In this document: in pieces, positions 42,121-56,591 of the stretch | How positions within the stretch are numbered: the stretch's first letter is position 1 | Layout of the letters: each line of letters starts with the position of its first letter | Source of the DNA: the human T2T-CHM13v2.0 reference genome, Homo sapiens | DNA length: 64,000 bases | Assembly: GCF_009914755.1 (NCBI RefSeq) | Contig: NC_060939.1 | Reading direction: 5' to 3' (one strand) | The notes under the pieces: model-generated | What the model was told of the DNA's origin: nothing | The model's database searches: none | The model's input: only the letters and a program-made list of their open reading frames with translations | Position numbers and translations under genes: made by a program

Positions 42121-44996
42121 AAGATTTTGTAAAGCTCCTGGGTCTCTGTGTGTGCCTGAGCAGCTGCTCTGTTGAGACTCCACACAGCTCTGTGTGGAGA
42201 GCAATTACTTTTGTGCCAGCCTAATTATAACAGTGATTACTTTTGCAGAGGGATAGAAATTGGAGGATGGGAAATAGAGTGGGTAGCAAAGTTCTCAGTA
42301 TATATGTTTTTATACTTGGTGATGTTTGTGCTATGTGAATATATTAACTAAACTATTCAAGAGATGAGATTTTAACCTTGGGCTTCTCAATTCTGGGACA
42401 GTGTTTTGTTGTTGTTGTTGTTGTTGTTTAAAAAAAAAACCCAGACATTTCCTTTGAATTTACCCAAATCTGAAATTTCTGAGTGTAGCATCATATAGTG
42501 AAAGCCACTCACATGTCTCATAACTAAACTTAGGCTCACTCAATCAGCTATTGCATTCTTTATACTTGTTTTTATGGAAGTAAAAGCCTATTTCCCCAGA
42601 GAAAGCCAAGTAATATCTGATTCATAAGCAAAGAACAATTTCCTAGAACTTCTTTTGTTATCTGTGGAAAATTGCACTAAACCTTGAAATCTTACTAGAG
42701 TATGAAATATGGAGCTGCCTTTTGGTTTGAAGAGTTCTTGTAACAGGCCTAAAAGTAATGCAGTCAAAAAGTCGACTTTTCACCTCAAGTTTTGGTGTTA
42801 AAAGGCAACTCTACATAGACTTGCACTCTGAGATTAGATTCCATCAGCCCTTCTAGCAAGGGCACCTCTGGAAGATTCTCTCTTCAGAACTTAGTTATGT
42901 ATGTGCATACATATTAAATGTGGCAGGTAGAGAGTCAAGGACAGAGATTAGGTATCAAATAGAATAAGTTTTATCATTAGTTGAACTAACCTCAAAATTG
43001 GCCTCAGCTTGAGAAAGCCACTGAACCTCAGTTTACTCATCTGTAAAATGGGAGTAACTCCTTTCTAGGGTCACTGGAAGCATTAAAATGGTACAGTAAC
43101 TGGCACAGTGTCTGGGGAAAAGTGTATTTAAAATAGATACCGTTTCAGATATAGTGTGACAGAGTGGGTGGAGCATGGGATTTGGCGTTAGATTCATTTC
43201 CATCCCTTCATCTTTGAAATGGGATCATTGGTGCTTACATTGCAGGACTGACATGAGATCTGAGACAAGCGCTCAAAGTTAGTGTCCTTTTCCTTTGCCC
43301 TGTTGGCAGCTACCTCCTCATCAGGGTTGCTGTTTTCAGGCCCCTATTTCTTCTGCTGGAGTACTCTCACTAAAGAATAACCTGATCATTCTGCTGCCCT
43401 GCTGTGAGACCAAGGATGGCAGTCTAAACCCAGGCAGAGAGAGTCTCTTCCAGAAAGAGATGTGCAAAAGTCCCACGACAGTCCAGATGTGGGACACAGG
43501 AGAGACAATGAGACCAGAGGCATGGAGGTGGGGCCATGGGAGAAGACAGGGGCAGTGGTGGAAGAGCATAATATTTTATAGGATAGACCCTGAAGCCTGA
43601 AGACAGAGCCCTGGAGAGCTCCCATGTGTGAAGCCTGGGAAGGATGTCAAGGGGATGTTGGAGACTCAGGTTTCTGAGGAGGAGAAGATTCTAAGGGTCA
43701 TAATCAGCAATAATGATATTGAGCACTTGTCACATGGGCAACACTCAACAACATGCATTATCTCATGTAGTCCTCACAACAACCAATAAGGCCGGTGCTT
43801 CTTGTAGTCTCGTTTTATAGGTGATGAAACTGAGGCTTACAGAGAGCATGTGGCTGGCCTGAGCTTGCACAGCTGGGGAGTGGCTGAGCCAGGATTTGAA
43901 GCAAGGCTGTGTGCTTCTGGCCAACTCACCCTTCTACCCCTTGCTGAAGGGAATGAGTGATGTCATCTGCACTGTGGAGGTGTTGAGGGGATGTGACTGA
44001 ATTGGGCACTGAGGACCACAAGGAAGCAAGGAGGCAAGCAGTATAATTTAAAGTGACCGGCGGTGGGGTGAATAGAAGCCTGATTGCAGTGAGCAGGGGT
44101 GGAGGAAGTGGGAGAAGGAAATGAAGATCGATATGGTAAATTCTGCAGTAATTTACTGCATTGTCAAGCGAGGCTTTCTTTAGGAAGCGAAGATTGTGTC
44201 AGGGTGCAGGTCAAGGGGCAGAAGCCACATGGAGAGAAGGTCAGTGTTTGAAGGAGAAGTTGACTGATACAGTGAAGGGCGAGGGACTTCAGCCCGGATG
44301 AGGGGCTGCCCAGATGGAGGAATTAACCTTGGCAGGAAGAAAGAGAGAGAAGTGAACGCATACCAAGCACAGACTGGTGCCCCCAGTACCAGTCTTGGCA
44401 CTCCTCCATTCTTTATCTCATTTATTTATTTATCTGAAATATAAATGATCTCATTTGACAGATAAGGAAATTTGGAATCAGAAAAGGTGCCTGGCCTCCC
44501 AAATCCACACAGCCAGAAGGTGACCAGGCAGGAGGCAGACCCATGCCTGTTGACTCCAAAGCCTGTGTGATTTCTTCCTTGACGTGCTGCCATTTACTGC
44601 TGGGGAAGTGGGAAGCAGGGGGAGGGGGAATGACCCAAGGATGTGGGAGGTGGAAGGGACAGGGAAGCTAGGAATTTCATCATTTGCTGAGAGAGACAGG
44701 GAAGGGGGTAAGAGAGAGGGTCTTCAATAGCTGGGGTGGGGAACTCAGCAGGGAGCGGGGTGGGGCAGGCTCCCTGGAGGGAGCGGGGTGGGGCATGAGG
44801 GAGGGGGGTGGGGCAGGCAGTGCCCAAGGCCCAGCTGACCGGGGGCTCATGGGGCCCAGTTTCTGCCTAACAAAAGGGCTCAGAGCCCCAGCCAGGAACT
44901 GGGGGCCTCAGACTCAGAGGTACAGGGGAGGAGCCGGGACATTGCCTCCATTAGGAATTACGGAGTCTCACTTGTCCCTTCTCCTATTTTGGCCAG

Positions 44997-45356
44997 GGTG
45001 TTTCTGTGTGTGTTTGTGAGTTTAAGTGTGTGACTGTGTGAGTATATGTAAAGTGGGAATATGTGTGAGTGTATATATCAGTGTGTGTTACTTTATGTGT
45101 GAGAGAATGTATTATGTGTTGTGTGTGAGTATATGTAATTGGTGTGTATGTGTGTGTGATTGGGAGTACATGTAAGTGTGTGTGACTTTGGATCTGTGTG
45201 AGTGTATGTGTGACTGTGTTATACATGTGAGATGTGTGTGAATATGTGTGAGAGTGTACATGTGTCTGTGAGTGTCCGTGAGTGTGCCTGGGTGGTTGTG
45301 TGTGTGTGGGTGTGACAGTGTGAGTATATGTAAGGGGGTGTGTGAGTGCATGCACT
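44997..45356 (+). repeat. Degenerate (TG)n low-complexity tract
   Basis: About 350 bp of TG/TGAG/TATG units. Confidence 0.88.
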
Positions 45357-46541
45357 TGGCAAATGGGAAAAGAGAAGCTTCCCTGGGCCAGCAGCTGGAA
45401 TGCAAATGCATCCCTCTGAAATAAATCAACTGTTTGCACCATGGGCCACAGAGTCAGGCTGGCCTTGAGCATTTAACAGGCTTCCAGAGGCTCTCAGGCT
45501 CTGCTCCCCATGACCTGGTGCTCAGGGTCACCCCTTAGCATGGCCCCAGCCCCCTGAGCACAAAGACATCTCCGTGCAGGACTGAAGGGACACCTTTAGG
45601 TGGGAACTAACTCTCATAGAATACATAGATGCCTGCCAATCACAGTTGGGACTCTTCAGTGGGGTCTCCTGGCCCAAAGTGTACCTGTTTGCTGCATGTC
45701 TGAGTCTGCATAGGAAATCCTGGTGCTCAAAGAGTTATAACCTCATTTTTTTTTTTTTGGTTAATGAAGTACAAGTGGCAGGGGTTGAATTAGAGAGAGA
45801 GAGAGGCACGGGGTGTAAACAAGAGTTTTCTTGTTTACCTATATAAGGGATGTACTTCACTCATTCATCTATTCATTCATTCACTCTACAGACTTTATTG
45901 AACCCATGTAACGGGCCAGGGACTATGCTAGATGCTGGGAATAAAGCAGGGAACATTCAGAAGCCATCCCTGCTTCATGGTATGAGGCTCAGGAAAGGCA
46001 CACACACTCTCCTCTCCACATTTGTGTGTAGGAGAGGAGAGGTGCGCTTGGACCTCATAACAAAAGGCTCTAACTTAGCCCTGGGGGTTGGTGGGGGAGC
46101 AGTGATGTAGGTGACAAGGGCTTTCAAAGAAGAAGCACTTTTTGGGAGTGAGAACCACCTTTGTGCTCTCCAATGTGCCCCTGCCCGTGTAAGACACCCT
46201 GCCTTTGGGAGGCCATACCCACAGGGAAAAAGACCTGATGCCCCTGCCCCCTTACCTCTCAGGAGCAGAGCTGCAATGAGCCTCCATCTCAGGATGAGGC
46301 AACAGGCCAACACCAACCCAGGACCCCAGTCTCACCTCTTCTAACTCCAGCCCACAGGCAGTGACCTTTGACTCATTCATGCCCCTGGGATTTGAGGATT
46401 CCAATTGTGTTATGCCACCTCCTTGCACTGATCCACCCACTCTGTGGCTGGATTCAAAGCTGAGTCTAACTTGCTTTCACAGATCCCAAGATGAACTTTC
46501 CATCACCTATTCACTAAGGTTTTGAAAGCCACCAATATTGA

Positions 46542-46582
46542 GTCTACGGCCACGCCACCCTGAACACACCCGATCTCATCCA
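46542..46582 (+). pseudogene. 5S rRNA 5' fragment (tailless retropseudogene)
   Basis: GTCTACGGCCACGCCACCCTGAACACACCCGATCTCATC matches 34 of the first 39 nt of human 5S rRNA. TSD AAAGCCACCAAT(A/C)TTGA at 46525-46541 and 46583-46599. Confidence 0.92.
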
Positions 46583-49426
46583 AAAGCCACCAATCTTGAG
46601 ATCTTAGTATGTAATGACACTGTGTTAAACCCCTTATATACATTATTCATTCATTAATTCGACTGATTTTTATAAAGCACCGACTATGTGCTAGGCAGGG
46701 TTCTAGATGCTGAGAATACAGTAGTGAACAAAGCACACAATATTTTTACCCTAATTTAGTGAGGAGACCCATGATACAAAAAGGAGACAATGAACATATA
46801 ACATAGTATCAGATAGTGATAAGTGACATTTGTCTCATTTAATACATACTCCATCTTTAAAAAGTAGGTGGTTTTATACCCATTTTATAGAAATAGAAAC
46901 TGAGACTTGAGGCTCTTCACTATCACATAGTCAAGCCATTGTCAAAGAATAAAATGTTGCTTTCATTTACTCTTCTCTCCTCTCTCTTTTCTTCCTACCA
47001 TCCCTGCTTTAGAAAAGGTAGGAGGGGAATGCTAAGAGTACAGAATCTGAGGGCTGGAGGGGCAATGCCCTGAAGCCACCCTGGCCATTCTCCTGTCCCG
47101 GGGTGGGGCTGCCCTCACACTTAGACAGAAACCATCTCTTCTCATTCTTAATGAGAATGTCATGCAGAACCCAATCAATAAGAGGTTCTCTGACACTAGA
47201 ACGTCTTTTGTTTTTTCTCCCCACCTCTTGTGCTGACAAATGCATTAATGTAAAAACAGAAAAGAAAACCAAGCAATTTGTCACAGTGATATCTTCCCTC
47301 CTGGCCTTCATAATGAATTGCAGTGGTTAATCAATCACTCCCTTAACTCTTCTGTGGAGGCTTCCTTTTTAATGGGCCCCCAGACTGGATCCTTGAATTT
47401 GCTGTTTCCACAGACTGTGCACACGCATTATGTGTGGACTCAAGTGCTCCATAAGGGAAGAAAAATTACATTTCTAAGTGTATGTTTTGGGCACTATGCT
47501 GATTCCTTTGGATGCATTATCTCATCTTCTCCCAATCATCCTTCATGGGTGATCTTACAGGGCTGAAGAAAGATGACGTTTGTAGGCTGAGGTGACACAG
47601 CTTGTCAGAAGCAGAGTTGCAATGTGAACCTAAGTTTATATTTCCAAAGCTTCAACATGAATCATCTGCATCCTAGTTAATATGATAACCCTGGTTCCTA
47701 TCAATTCAATTCATGTCCTTACCAGATGTTTACAAGCTTGTTCTCAAGGGCATAAAAATGCTTTGATGTTCTCTAAATCCCCTAACCTTAATTCCTATCA
47801 TGTGGCTTTGTCCTTAGGATGGGAGCATAACAACTCATCTTATCTTGCAAGTCATTTAAAACACAGACTTCATAAGCTCACAGAGGTCCTCAAGCTCACC
47901 TGAGTCCTCATGCTGCAAAGCCTCACACATTCTCCTGAACAGGAGGTGGCAAGAAAATGTTAAAGACTTTTAAAAATTCAACCATATCACATAAATTAAT
48001 TTATCAAGATGCTGCTGCTATTGGCTTACGATATTGATCAGTGCTATAGAAGCTAGCAAGTGCTTTAAAAAAATTGATGAAAATTTATGTTCAGCACTTT
48101 CATTACTCGTCCTCAATAACACAGTTGCCAAAGTGATTTGAAGAAGACTCAGGAATTGAGTATATTCATGTTCAATTAGGTTAAATATTTCCCTTGTATT
48201 CACTACCCATTTGCACAGCAATCCAATCCAAAGGAACCAAAATGAACTGTCGCACATACCCAATTAATGTTGTTTTAATTCCGAGACAAATAGGATCACA
48301 GTGAATTTCAACAAACTGTCCAAATTCTTTTATGTGAGTGTGCTAGGATGACTGGTGTGTGGAATTAGTTGGCTGTGGGCTGGAGCTTAGCAATTGTTTA
48401 TCAGGCAAAAGTTCTGGTTATCATAGTGCTTGCTGTTACAGGATGGGACCTGGGTGTCACATTTTCTGTACTTATGAAGAACCAGAGCAACACCAATAGG
48501 TGCCGGCTATAGACAGAACATGGGCTAACTTGGAACCTGTGTTTTTAAAATGTCCATCTCTACTACGTCTAAAAATCGGCAAAAACAACATCATCTTATT
48601 TTTGCATGACCCATCCATGCCTAGGAGCTCATGCTTGTTTCCACAAAATTGATTGTCAGGATATTGTAGAAGGAATTAAAATCATAGAGAAAGAACTGGA
48701 CTCCTCGATCTTTGAGGTTCCTTGCAGCTCTAAAACTCTGGGATGGCCTAAGATCTCAGTGGTTTGCCTGGATAGGAAGACATGACCAAGTTACTGACAT
48801 AAGTACAGGATTACCTATAATGATGTATCCATTCAGCAATTACATACTATTTACTGGGTTAGGCACTGAAGAAACAGAGATGAAATAACTTAGCTGATCC
48901 ATGCCTCCTGGAGCTCTCTATCCAGTGAAAGAGATTATTGTGATACCTCCAGGAGAGTGTCTTATCATTGCCTACTTTCCTTTCTGTATTGCCTGCTAGA
49001 ATATAAGCCGCCTGAGAGAAAAGATTATATTCTAATCCCCAATCTATCCCCAAAACTCAGCATAGAGCTTGGCACCTAAAATACGTTTAAACAATGTCAA
49101 CTGGATGAATACATTATTGGATGAATGACATTGTGGAGATATGATTAGAATACTGCAGGAATTTAGAGGAAAAGATTGCAAATGGAAAGGAGTTCATGGA
49201 AGACACACTTCAAGTCAGTAAATGCTATGTGAGAGTTACTACATGCCAGGCACTGAGGTATTTAGACACAACAGCAAGCATGCCATAGCTTCTCCTCTTG
49301 AGGGGCTTTTGGTTCACTTGAGTGATAGACACAAGTGACCAGACAATTGCAATGCAGCATAGCATATGGGGCATGTGAGTCAGAGCATTATGCCTAGGAA
49401 ACTCACAGGAGGCTTACTTAGCCCAG

Positions 49427-49798
49427 TGATATGGTTTGGCTCTGTGTTCCCACCCAAATCTCATGTCGAATTATAATTCCCAGTGTTGGAGGAGGGGACT
49501 GGTGGGAGGTGATTGAATCATGGGGACGGACTTCACCCTTGGTGTTCTTATGATAGAGTTTTCATGAGATCCGGTTGTTAGAAAGTGTGTAGCACCTGCC
49601 CTTTCTCTCTCTCCTTCTCTGGCCATGTGCATATATGTGCCTGCTTCCCTTTCCATCATGATTGTAAGTTTCCTGAGGCCTCCCCAGAAACAGACGCCTC
49701 TACAGCCTGCAGGACCGTGAGCTGATTAAACCTCTTTTCTTTATAAATTATCCAGTTTTAGGTATTTCTTTATAGCAGGGTGAGAATGGAATAATACA
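49427..49798 (+). mobile_element. MSTA-like MaLR solo LTR
   Basis: TGATATGGTTTGGCTCTGTG...AATACA with perfect 5-bp TSD CCCAG. Confidence 0.92.
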
Positions 49799-50483
49799 CC
49801 CAGTATTGAGGGATTCAGAGTGATGTCCTTTCCTGAGGGACAGAACATAAGGGCCTTGAAAATCCAAGGCACATGCTTGGTGGCAGCATGGTGTCTGTAT
49901 GGAAAAGTAGTAGAGAATCAGGCTGTGAAGACAGGTTTGGGGTTATTAGAAGAAGGGCTTGTATGTCAGGCCAATGAGTTGGAGTGTCATCACTAGGTGA
50001 TGGGGAGCACTTGATGATTGTTGAGTGAGAGTGTCATCACATGAGCACTGTAGTGGGAGAGAATGACTGGGATGCTATTGCCTGGAGAAAATATATTAAG
50101 TGCCTGGTCCTGTGTGATTTCAAATTATAACACCACCTACATTTATGGAGCACTTCCACAAAATCACAGAACCATAGACTCATGTGCTTGGAAGAAACCT
50201 CTGGTCCGGTATGCTGTTTAAGGCCTGCAGCTGTTGCTTTATTCTCCTTGACAGACTCCTATGCAAGGGTTTGTTTCCCTTCTGTTTGTGCATTACCAAT
50301 AAGAGAGAATGCATTCCCCCAGAAGCTCATTTCATTCTCAACCACCCTGAATGCTAGAAAGTTCTTTCTTATATTGAATCAGAATCTGTGTTCCATAATA
50401 TGGACATAATTTTCTCCAGAACAAGTCCCCTAGCTGACAAATGAGACAGATAACTATCCCTCGGGGAAATGGATGTGGGGTCT

Positions 50484-51317
<834 letters not shown>

Positions 51318-53594
51318 GTTCTTTTCCCTCCCTCCTGGCCACTTTCCTTCAACCCTCCCAGATTTGGCAGTGACCCTTGTAGAGTGTGGTATCAAAACTG
51401 GAAGATGTTTCTCCAAGTTCTCTGATCCTTCCAGGGATGGTAGATGACCTCTTTTCTTGTTTTGAACTATGTCTTATTAAATGCAGCCACAGTTAAGACC
51501 TCAAACAACACTTCAAGATTGGTCTTTAATCCTTGTTTTCCAATGTGGAAACTCAGAGAGGGGCAGGAATTTGCTCCAGGTGACACAACCAGGAAATGAC
51601 ATAAGTGGAAATCTAATTGTCATGATTTTAAGGCTGTGCTCTTCTACTGGGTTTTATACTGTAATTTGTGCTAACTGCATAATGAGCACTTTAAAATACT
51701 AGGTACTTTAAATAAGTCATCCTACTTGATTCCTAAAGGAATCTTGCAAGATAGGTTTTGGTTCTGTTCCTATTCCAGTCACATTCCTCCAACCTATCAA
51801 GGATTGGCAATGACCCTTATATTATCACCATTCTATAGAACACAGAATCAGGGGTGAACAGTGGGTAAATGTCAGACTGCATCAGTAAATATCAGAACAC
51901 TGGGCTATCTGTTTGTAGACCACACACACACTACACTGCATGTTCCACCATATGAATGTCTTCAGAAGCCCAGTCACAATGTCCACTCGTTAAATGTGTG
52001 AACAGTGCTACCTCTCAGCTGCATTCTCCTCACCTACACCTGTTCAGCTACGTTTTCAAACCTGGCTGTAGGACTTCAGTTTTTTGTTTTTGTTTTTGTT
52101 TTTTTCTTAATCATGACATTGAACACATCAGACCTGGACCAGCTTTTACAGTTTTGGCATTAAGACACTTGCCATTCAGAATTAGGAGGACAGCAGCAAA
52201 ACACTAGCACGTGAGAGCCGAGAAGTGTTAGCTTCATCCCTTTGTGTTTCCTCTGCCCCTTGGTGAGGGGAAGGAACGAGTTTCTTGACGACTGAGCAAA
52301 ATTGTATCTATCACTGAGGACCAGAAAAACACAACTTTTATTTTTATTCTTGACGATGAAGGTAATGCCTTATGTGGCCCATTCTCTTTAGGGTCTCTCA
52401 ACATCACTTCATCCTCATGCAGATCACCAATACTGGTGACCTCAACTCTCTCCTAGACCATATGCTCCTAAGCAGGCAACGTCCATGGGAGAAATGCACA
52501 TTGTACTGGGCCGTATCATTCTGTTAGGACTTGTGCAGGCAGGTGTAACAGAAGATGGGAAGTTTCCTCTTCTCCATTCACTCCAGCATCTAATTTACAT
52601 TTGCACAAATATAATATCACATGAATACAATGGTTGTGTTGTTGGGGGTGATCAAGGCTTGGAATCTGCCCACAACCATGCCCAATGGTTCTGTGATGTT
52701 GAGAATTCACTTCCATTCTGTGGACCTCATTTTCTCCATTAAAAACAACATCAACAACAAACTCTTCAAAGTGACTGAACTTGAGAATGAGTATGCTCTC
52801 TTTAAATTTTCATACTCCACAGTGCTATAATAGAATTTTTAGGCATATTCTAAGTCCATTAAGAATTATACAGGGCATCACATACATTCTTAAAGAGACT
52901 TGGTGGTTGTATGTGAGATTCAAATTTTCTAGTCATCAGGCTTGGGAAGAGAAATATCCTAATTTCACAATATCCCCCAAGAACAGAGCTGCCGACATAT
53001 ATAATTATGCAGACTCCACCAGTGATTCCCTGATGTTGTTTCTCACTAATTTTCTCACAGACGTGAAGACAGAAGAGAGGTTCTTGTGCATACGTTTGAA
53101 CAGGGAAAAGGTAAATACCCAAGCTGCTTACATTTAGAGACACTCTTCTTTTGAACTCACCTAAATTTAATTTCCAAATCTCGACATTACAGATTGAAAT
53201 CAAATGCCCGGAGGTTCCAAGGAAGAGTAAAAATAGAAGCCAGAGTGGCAGAGGGAACCATTATGCAGTGTGTGGCCCTCATTCACGATGCTTACAGTAG
53301 CTGATTTATTAGAAGACAGAAAAGAAAATTGATTTATAAATGGTCTTGGGAAGGTAAAGACTCCTGCCCACATTTTTAAATTAATGTTTAATTATATATG
53401 AAATCCTTAATTACACATGTAATCCTTAATTATGCAAGCAATATACGAATAAATTTCCCTTTACCAAAAAAAAAAAAACACTAGAGATAAAGCTGAAGTC
53501 ACCTCTGAACAATCCCACCCTGAGTTCTTACTTGATGCATATCCTTTAATGTCATCTTCCTTGCTCTTGTATAATTTTAGATACAGATATATAG

Positions 53595-53939
<345 letters not shown>

Positions 53940-55239
53940 TGTTATTAACTTTTTAATTGCATATGTAATATCATTTTACAAGTTTTTTTTTAACTTAATG
54001 GAAGGACTTGAGTTTCTAGCCATATTCCTACATATGTTCATGTTGCTTCTAGTTTCTAACTGTAAACATGACTGCAAAGAACATTTCTGTACTTGCCTCT
54101 TTTTGCATGTGGGCCATAGTGAGTTGTTCTCTAAAAGAAGCTACATGATCTTATAGTCCCACCACTTTCCATTTCAGTGCTAACACTTTATATTTCCAAA
54201 CTCTTTCAGTTTTGCCACTCTCTGGGTAACAGATGGCATCTCATTGTTTTGATTTGTATTTCTTTACTTACAAGAGAGTTGAGTATATATCATGTATATT
54301 TTTCTGTTATTTGTCAAACATATTATATAATCATTTTTCTATAAGGTTGCTTTTTCTCATTGATTTTTGAGAATAGTAACCTTTCCCCCAGTATTTGTTG
54401 AAAATGTTTTCTCACAGGTTGAAGGCATACCTCCTTTCCCCTTACAATTTTGGAATTTCCTAAGAATAGGGTTATTCTTTTATGTAACCACAACACTGAT
54501 ATTCAATTCAGGATATTTAACATTGATGTTATAATTTCACCTATCATCCATATTCCAATTATTTCTTTGTCCCAATAATATTCTTAATGTTTTATATCCC
54601 TAATAATAGCACTCTTCTTCTCCAGTGCAGGATCCAGGACAGAATTATATATTGCATTTACTTATCACTTATCTTTAGTCTCCTGTAATCTCAGTTCTAT
54701 AACCTTCTGTTGTATTGCATGCCATTGACATTTTTGAAAAGCTGAAGTCAGTTATTTTATAATATATTCCTTTAGCTGGTTTTGTCTGATGTTTTCTCAT
54801 AATTAGATACAGGTCTTTTACCCCCAGATGGTACTACAAAAGTGATCATTTGTTTTACTCAGGATGTCACATCTGGAGGTCCACAATGTCCATCTGCTCT
54901 TGTTGGTGATACTAATTCTGACCACTTGATAAAGGTGTAACTGAACAGCAGTTATGATTTCTCTTGATCCTCACAATTACCCCCTAAATTTAGCATTCAT
55001 TGATGATTCTTGCCTAAGGATTGGTTACAAAATGATGATTTTCCACCATTTCTTCCACATTTATTAGTCAACTTTTACTGTAAGGAAGAGCCCTCCCTCT
55101 CCCCTACCTGACATTCATGTATTCTTTCATTCCGTTATTATGTATCTATCATCTGTCTATCTACTTATCTACTATTAGAATGAACTCATGGATTCCTTAT
55201 TTTTTTATAACTTATTATGAGTTGTAATATATTACTGTC

Positions 55240-55702
55240 TCTATTAGTCTGCTGTAACAAATTATCACAGACTTGATGGCTTAAAACGAAACACATTTAT
55301 TCTCTTACAGTTCTGGAGATTAGAAGTCCAAAACCAGTTACATTAAGCTGAAATCAAGATGCCCTCCTTCTGGAGGCTCTAGGGGAGAACCAGCTCCCTT
55401 CTCTCTTCCAGGTTCTAGGGCTGCATTCCTTGCATTTCTTCGCTACTGTCCACTTCCTGCATCTGCAAAGCCAGCAGCACAGGCTCTGGCTTCAGCGGTC
55501 ACATCACCTTCTTCTAGGTCGACAAATCTCCCTCGGCCTCATTCTTGTAAGAACACTTGTGATTACATTTAGGGCCCACCAGCTAATCCAGGATAATCTC
55601 CACAGCTCACAATCCTTAATTTAATCACATCTTATGAATCCCTTAACATTCACAGGCTCAGAGATTAGGAACTGGATATCTTTGGAGGTCATTCTTCCAC
55701 CA
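55240..55702 (-). mobile_element. MLT1(B/C/D)-like MaLR LTR
   Basis: tgctgtaacaaattatcacagacttgatggcttaaaac...ggatatctttggagg. Confidence 0.7.
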
Positions 55703-55764
55703 GGAAGGTGGTATCAGTAAGAGTTCAGAGTAACAGAATCACTAGGATATAAGTATATCATTCA

Positions 55765-56591
<827 letters not shown>

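Noticed and set aside
46542-46582. Functional 5S rRNA gene
   Set aside because: Only about 40 of 121 nt, with no internal promoter boxes or terminator.
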